Part shown: positions 59,466-64,000 of the stretch, piece by piece
How the letters are laid out: each line of letters starts with the position of its first letter
Numbering within the stretch: the stretch's first letter is position 1
NCBI GenBank assembly: GCA_002633005.1
Contig: NMRA01000066.1
Coordinates: forward strand, 506,940-570,939
Source of the DNA: Phoronis australis
Taxonomy: Eukaryota; Animalia; Phoronida
Reading direction: 5' to 3'
DNA length: 64,000 nucleotides
The notes under the pieces: generated by a model
The model's input: only the letters and a program-made list of their open reading frames with translations
Database searches by the model: none
What the model was told of the DNA's origin: nothing
Program-made: the position numbers and the translations under genes

Positions 59466-59651
59466 TATATAATGCGGCCGGCGCTTTTATTTTTTATAGA
59501 ACTTCGAACGGCCACACGCACACATGCAAGAATGGACAAGATTGGATTGAGCTGTTTATCTGGAGTAATCCACTTGCTTGTGTAAAGAGAAACTTAGAGG
59601 GAATCCCACGGATGAGGCTTAAGGAAACTAAGGTGAACAGGTATAGTGCAG
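59466..59651 (+). promoter_or_regulatory. Putative TATA box and non-coding first exon of the 441-aa gene (intron about 59652-60258)
   Basis: TATATAA at 59466-59472 in CpG-rich context; donor CAG|GTGAGC at 59651/59652; acceptor ttttatttcacag ending at 60258, 227 nt before the ATG. Confidence 0.45.
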
Positions 59652-60485
59652 GTGAGCGAGTCGAAGCACCTGTAGTTAACTTTCCTTTAATGATCGCCGA
59701 CACAGGTGAAAAGAATATCAAAATAAAAACGCATTGAATTTTTTAGTTTACGGACGTGCGCAACGGTTTTATCGCCGTAAACATAAATGTGCACTACGTC
59801 CCACACGGGAATCCTGGTGAACTACTACAAGTAGTAAATCTTTGTCGCTGGGTAAACGATTATGTGAAATTATGGGAATAAATCTTAGTAAACGATTATG
59901 TCATTTGAAGAGACTTGTGATATGACCGATTTCATAACTATTTTAGTGGTTGGAATCAAGTAGCAATTTGAAATCATGGAAAAGTTTATTTTAGTTTAAG
60001 CTCTAATATTTGAGTCTGATAGACCAAGGGTTTCGATGAATTTGGCTTTTTATCGACAGATGCGCCGGTGTGAGGTCGTAGGTTAAATGTAACACAAAAA
60101 CATGCTGATTATAGTCTCTTACCGCATTTCTGTTTGACATAAAAAGTTGAAACATCGGCGTCAGAACGTCGGCCCTTAATGATAACGCTATAATCTGCTA
60201 AATTTAATATATATTGAATTATTCTCCGCAGATTGATAATGTATATTTTATTTCACAGAATTTACTGCTGTCAAAAGTGGGGTATCCTTTCAAGAGGCTT
60301 GATAAAGAGTCAACGACTGATTTGACATTCCTAAGACCTTCACTTGGCTACAAACAGAATTTTTGACCACGTGATAATTGAGTCTTGTCATTGCTCTTTC
60401 GCCGTCAGATAGTATTGAGAACTGTTACGCTATGAGTTAAGCTGGGCAAGAAAGCAGAATTAAAAGGATTATCAAAAGGCAAATA

Positions 60486-61811
60486 ATGGGAACGCAACTT
60501 TACGATAAATATTTCGATGTGCAGATGTGCACGCGACGCGGCGACCCGGTGACAAAAGCGACACCGTGTGGGCAACAAGAGATAAAATACATTCCAACAT
60601 ATGAACACGAAATCGACGAGCTGCTTTTGAGTAGCAGAGCGAAGCAAAGTCTTACTAGGAACTCGCCAATAAACGGACGTGTCGTTCGCGAGACTTTGAC
60701 GCCCAGTAGGCGGAAATCACAAGACACGGTTGCTAGTATACCTAATACTCTCGAGAACCCCCTGATTGCCTGCCAAAAGTGTCATACGTCTTACGAAGGA
60801 GGCTCTTGTGTTCATGTGTGTAACACTCGAAGGTCCGAGCAAAAACTAAGTTTGGTTAACAAATGTATGACAGAGATCATCAAAGATCTAGATCCGTGCA
60901 CCCAAAAGCCAGTGTCTTCGAAACAAGCCAGTTACAAATCGCTTGTAAAGTCTGTGAATAATGCCCAGAAAAGCGTAATGGAAATAGTGAAACGGAATTC
61001 CAATGAGCGACAAAAGTTTTCGAGCAAAGACGTGAATAGCTCGGTTGATTCTTCACCAAAAGACAGAGCAGCATGTCGTCCGGACAGTTTTTGTCCCTCG
61101 ACGCTGAAGGACACAACAGGAATTGTTAAAAGAAGACATGTCGGCGTTACAAAAACCGACATGAGCTGTGACCAAGCTCTCAAAGAGAACGGTTTTGACG
61201 TTTCAAATCAGTTTCCTGTCTGTGATTCGAGAAACTACATCAAAAGAAGTTTCCAAAGTAATGGTAGGAAAAATAATTCAGGAACTAAAGTAAACGATTT
61301 ATGCACAGGTCAGCATGGTTCTTTATGTGATTCTAAAAGTTGCACGCAAAGCCCTGACGGAGGCAATACTGACCAGTCACCACTGAATTATACCGAAGAC
61401 GACCACATATACGAGTCGATACCCTACGACATGGACAGAATTGTTTCCTCTGATTGTCGAAAGGTGCCGCCTGCTTTACCTCCTCGACCACCGACGATGC
61501 GGAAGAAAACGGAAACAGCATCGATTGCGAAACTAATAACGCGATCGCCACGTATGGGAACAAAAATGTTTGCTCGAACGAAGACACACCAGCAGCACTC
61601 GAACCATCCAAATTACGCGCGAGTAACGCGGTCCCACCCGAGCCGTGGACACTTAACTGGCCCTAACACCAGCGAATGTCGCCGCGCCAGTGCGCCTGGC
61701 CTGCTGGCAGTAAATTCATTGAAGGACAACGAATACGCTGTGATTACAAACTATAAGAAATACACCGTGCATGATGTCATTGAAAGTATCCGAAGAGTGG
61801 AAGCGGATTAA
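60486..61811 (+). CDS. Uncharacterised 441-aa protein on a single coding exon; probably a disordered signalling adaptor with Tyr motifs and an SH3-ligand motif
   Basis: 1326-nt uninterrupted ORF in AT-rich DNA with good start context (ATAATGG). Motifs: DDHIYESI, PPALPPRPP, NYARV, EYAVI. No recognised domain. Confidence 0.8.
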   Translation: MGTQLYDKYFDVQMCTRRGDPVTKATPCGQQEIKYIPTYEHEIDELLLSSRAKQSLTRNSPINGRVVRETLTPSRRKSQDTVASIPNTLENPLIACQKCHTSYEGGSCVHVCNTRRSEQKLSLVNKCMTEIIKDLDPCTQKPVSSKQASYKSLVKSVNNAQKSVMEIVKRNSNERQKFSSKDVNSSVDSSPKDRAACRPDSFCPSTLKDTTGIVKRRHVGVTKTDMSCDQALKENGFDVSNQFPVCDSRNYIKRSFQSNGRKNNSGTKVNDLCTGQHGSLCDSKSCTQSPDGGNTDQSPLNYTEDDHIYESIPYDMDRIVSSDCRKVPPALPPRPPTMRKKTETASIAKLITRSPRMGTKMFARTKTHQQHSNHPNYARVTRSHPSRGHLTGPNTSECRRASAPGLLAVNSLKDNEYAVITNYKKYTVHDVIESIRRVEAD

Positions 61812-64000
61812 TGGTGCAGATGTGTTTTTCCTTGAACTCATCTAAATTGTCTAAAATTCACCCCCAAAAAACCATTAACGCTGTTAGAATTTTAAATCTA
61901 GATTCGTGATGATGCTCCATGTTTTAACATACATTAACATTACCTTCTGTTTCTGGGTGCAATTCTACTTTATTTCGACACCTTTATTCAACAACGCGGC
62001 AGTATCTATTTTGATACAGTTATCGATTTCTCAAGTGCAATTTATAATTTATGAAAATTGATTTAAAACGACACCACTCATAATGAGTGTTTATAGATTA
62101 GTGAGATATTTATATTTCAAAAAGGCTATCTACTCGCATCTGTAGGTTAGCCTGAGTGGATAAAACTCATTCCAGCCAAACATTGGTTTCGCTGAAGTCA
62201 TTAGTGTCAGTTAAAAAGAACAATAAGTGGAAGAATCATGGGGAAATATAAATTGTATTGCTTGAAGAATAGCAATGCTGCTTACGTGATGGTTCAATAA
62301 AGAACAATCGTCTAATTCCGTAATCTGCCGTCTGCTTCCTGTTGACTTAATTTACACCCACTTGCCTGCTGACGTCAGTGTTCTTCGAGCTGACTTATCA
62401 GACTGTGAAAAGTATTTTTTGACAAATTAGACCGACACACACGACACGATTTTTCGACGCCAACATTGTGGTGTCGTGTGCGCTGGTTCAAGATAACTCA
62501 TAGACAAAATCACAAGTTGTCGGCTGAGCATCAAATATATTTGATTGAAAGACATCTTGTCGTGCCATGTCGTATCGTATGGGTTGCTGCCGATTATTTG
62601 TGGTGACCAAGGCTTGTGAGCTGAAATCAAAATCAAGATATAGGTGTTCAGACAGGTCGTATAAAACAAAAGTTCGAGCGTAGCAGGAAATCACGTTCGA
62701 CTAACATGTGCTACAGTGCATGCTAGTTCCCAACCCAAGTAGTTGATTATTTTCAAAACCTCGGCACAACAAAAATCGTATCGCGTGCGCTTGTTCAACA
62801 GTCATCAATGATCGCGAGACCTTACCCGAAGATAGTGTGCTGACCGCAAGAGCATTGAAATGTACAGAGACACCTTTGTACTCTATTTTCACTAAGAAAA
62901 CTGACAGGAATACACAAGCGAACTTGGACGAAGGTTCTTCCTGATAATCTTTTTTCAAGACGACCTCGATTTTCAAAAAACAAATTACATTGAATATGTT
63001 TGAAGCATAACTACCGAGCTCCTAGTAGTCAACTTGTATACACTGGGTGGATATCTGGGAGATGGTTCCCTGATATAAACAAAAATACGAATTTTCGGTT
63101 GATTTCATTTTTTCTAGACAACAAAAAGAAAAGGAAAGAGTCTTTAAGCAATGTCGCTGGCGCACAACAATTATACATACACAAAACGTACCGAGAGTGG
63201 CGTAGACGAAGTAATATCCCACGAGACATTATTCCTCGTATCGACCGAGACCGAAGATCTTGGTCGATATGCAAAATAATATATTTATCGAATTTCTGAG
63301 TTTATTTCATTTTTTCGTCAGATTTTTTAAATACTTCACTCAGACTGTTCACGAAGCGGATCACATCCCATATGAATGTACTTGCGCGTTAGGTTGCAAG
63401 TTTTCTCTAGTAAAAGAAACAGTTTTAAATGTAATGATTTATTACTTGAAAAATAGATATCAAAGATGTAAACAACGGTAACTGTGCATTGAACTTGTAA
63501 AAAGCTACGGACACAGCGTATGACTTTGGGCATTACTTCATTGATTTGTGAAAACAAAAATAGTTATGTTTTATTTATCACCCCGCTGAGCAAATTTTGC
63601 AACCAGAGAAACTCAAACATATCGCATGCTTACCACACAATTGCTCGAGACATTTCATCACGGTAAATTCCACACAATAGGATGAATAATTTGTCATCAC
63701 CGAGGAAAACTATGGTATCATCGATTGTTAACTGCTGTCAATCAATACACCAAATGATTATATCCGCTTCGTTCATTCCAAATAAAACAGTTTGGGTCAT
63801 GTTTTTATTTATTGCCGTTTGTGTCTCGCAACATCCCTTGTCTTATCGACACAATACGGCCATTTTTATGAACAGCTAGGTGAATGTAGACTGTCTTTTC
63901 ATTACAAATCAATTTGAAACAAACTAACAGAAAAGACGTTAATATCTTTCGCCTTGGATTCTATATACGCTTCAATTTGTTAAAATGGCGATAAACCCGC

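Noticed and set aside
7000-64000. Numerous 60-140 aa ORF-track calls in introns and intergenic DNA
   Set aside because: They have no recognisable motifs, many use non-ATG starts, and several are antisense shadows of real exons or parts of MITEs. None resembled a transposase or reverse transcriptase.

Overview
Eukaryotic DNA, not prokaryotic. It is AT-rich, has GT-AG introns and many MITEs, and most likely comes from a heterozygous invertebrate animal draft assembly. Three protein-coding genes are supported. (1) A + strand RASSF1/3/5-family gene with coding exons 5494-6865, 26456-26604, 33880-34002 (a duplicate sits at 33142-33264), 34786-34982, 35667-35776, 37713-37831 and 39515-39682. These splice in frame to a 745-aa model: long disordered N-terminus, C-terminal half of a C1 domain, RA domain, SARAH domain. 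(2) A convergent - strand TUSC2/FUS1 gene (48584-48533, 46006-45916, 43814-43619; 112 aa). (3) An unrecognised 441-aa ORF on a single coding exon (60486-61811), rich in SH2/SH3-type linear motifs. Three near-identical tandem duplications each flank a single N and are probably allelic assembly overlaps. The most interesting points are the RASSF1-TUSC2 adjacency (as at human 3p21.3), candidate alternative first exons feeding a half C1 domain, two beta-TrCP-type degrons, a tandem repeat that duplicates a splice donor behind a stop codon, and a foldback-element cluster in TUSC2 intron 1. All homology calls come from manual translation and recalled sequences; no searches were run. I found no convincing wholly new biological system.
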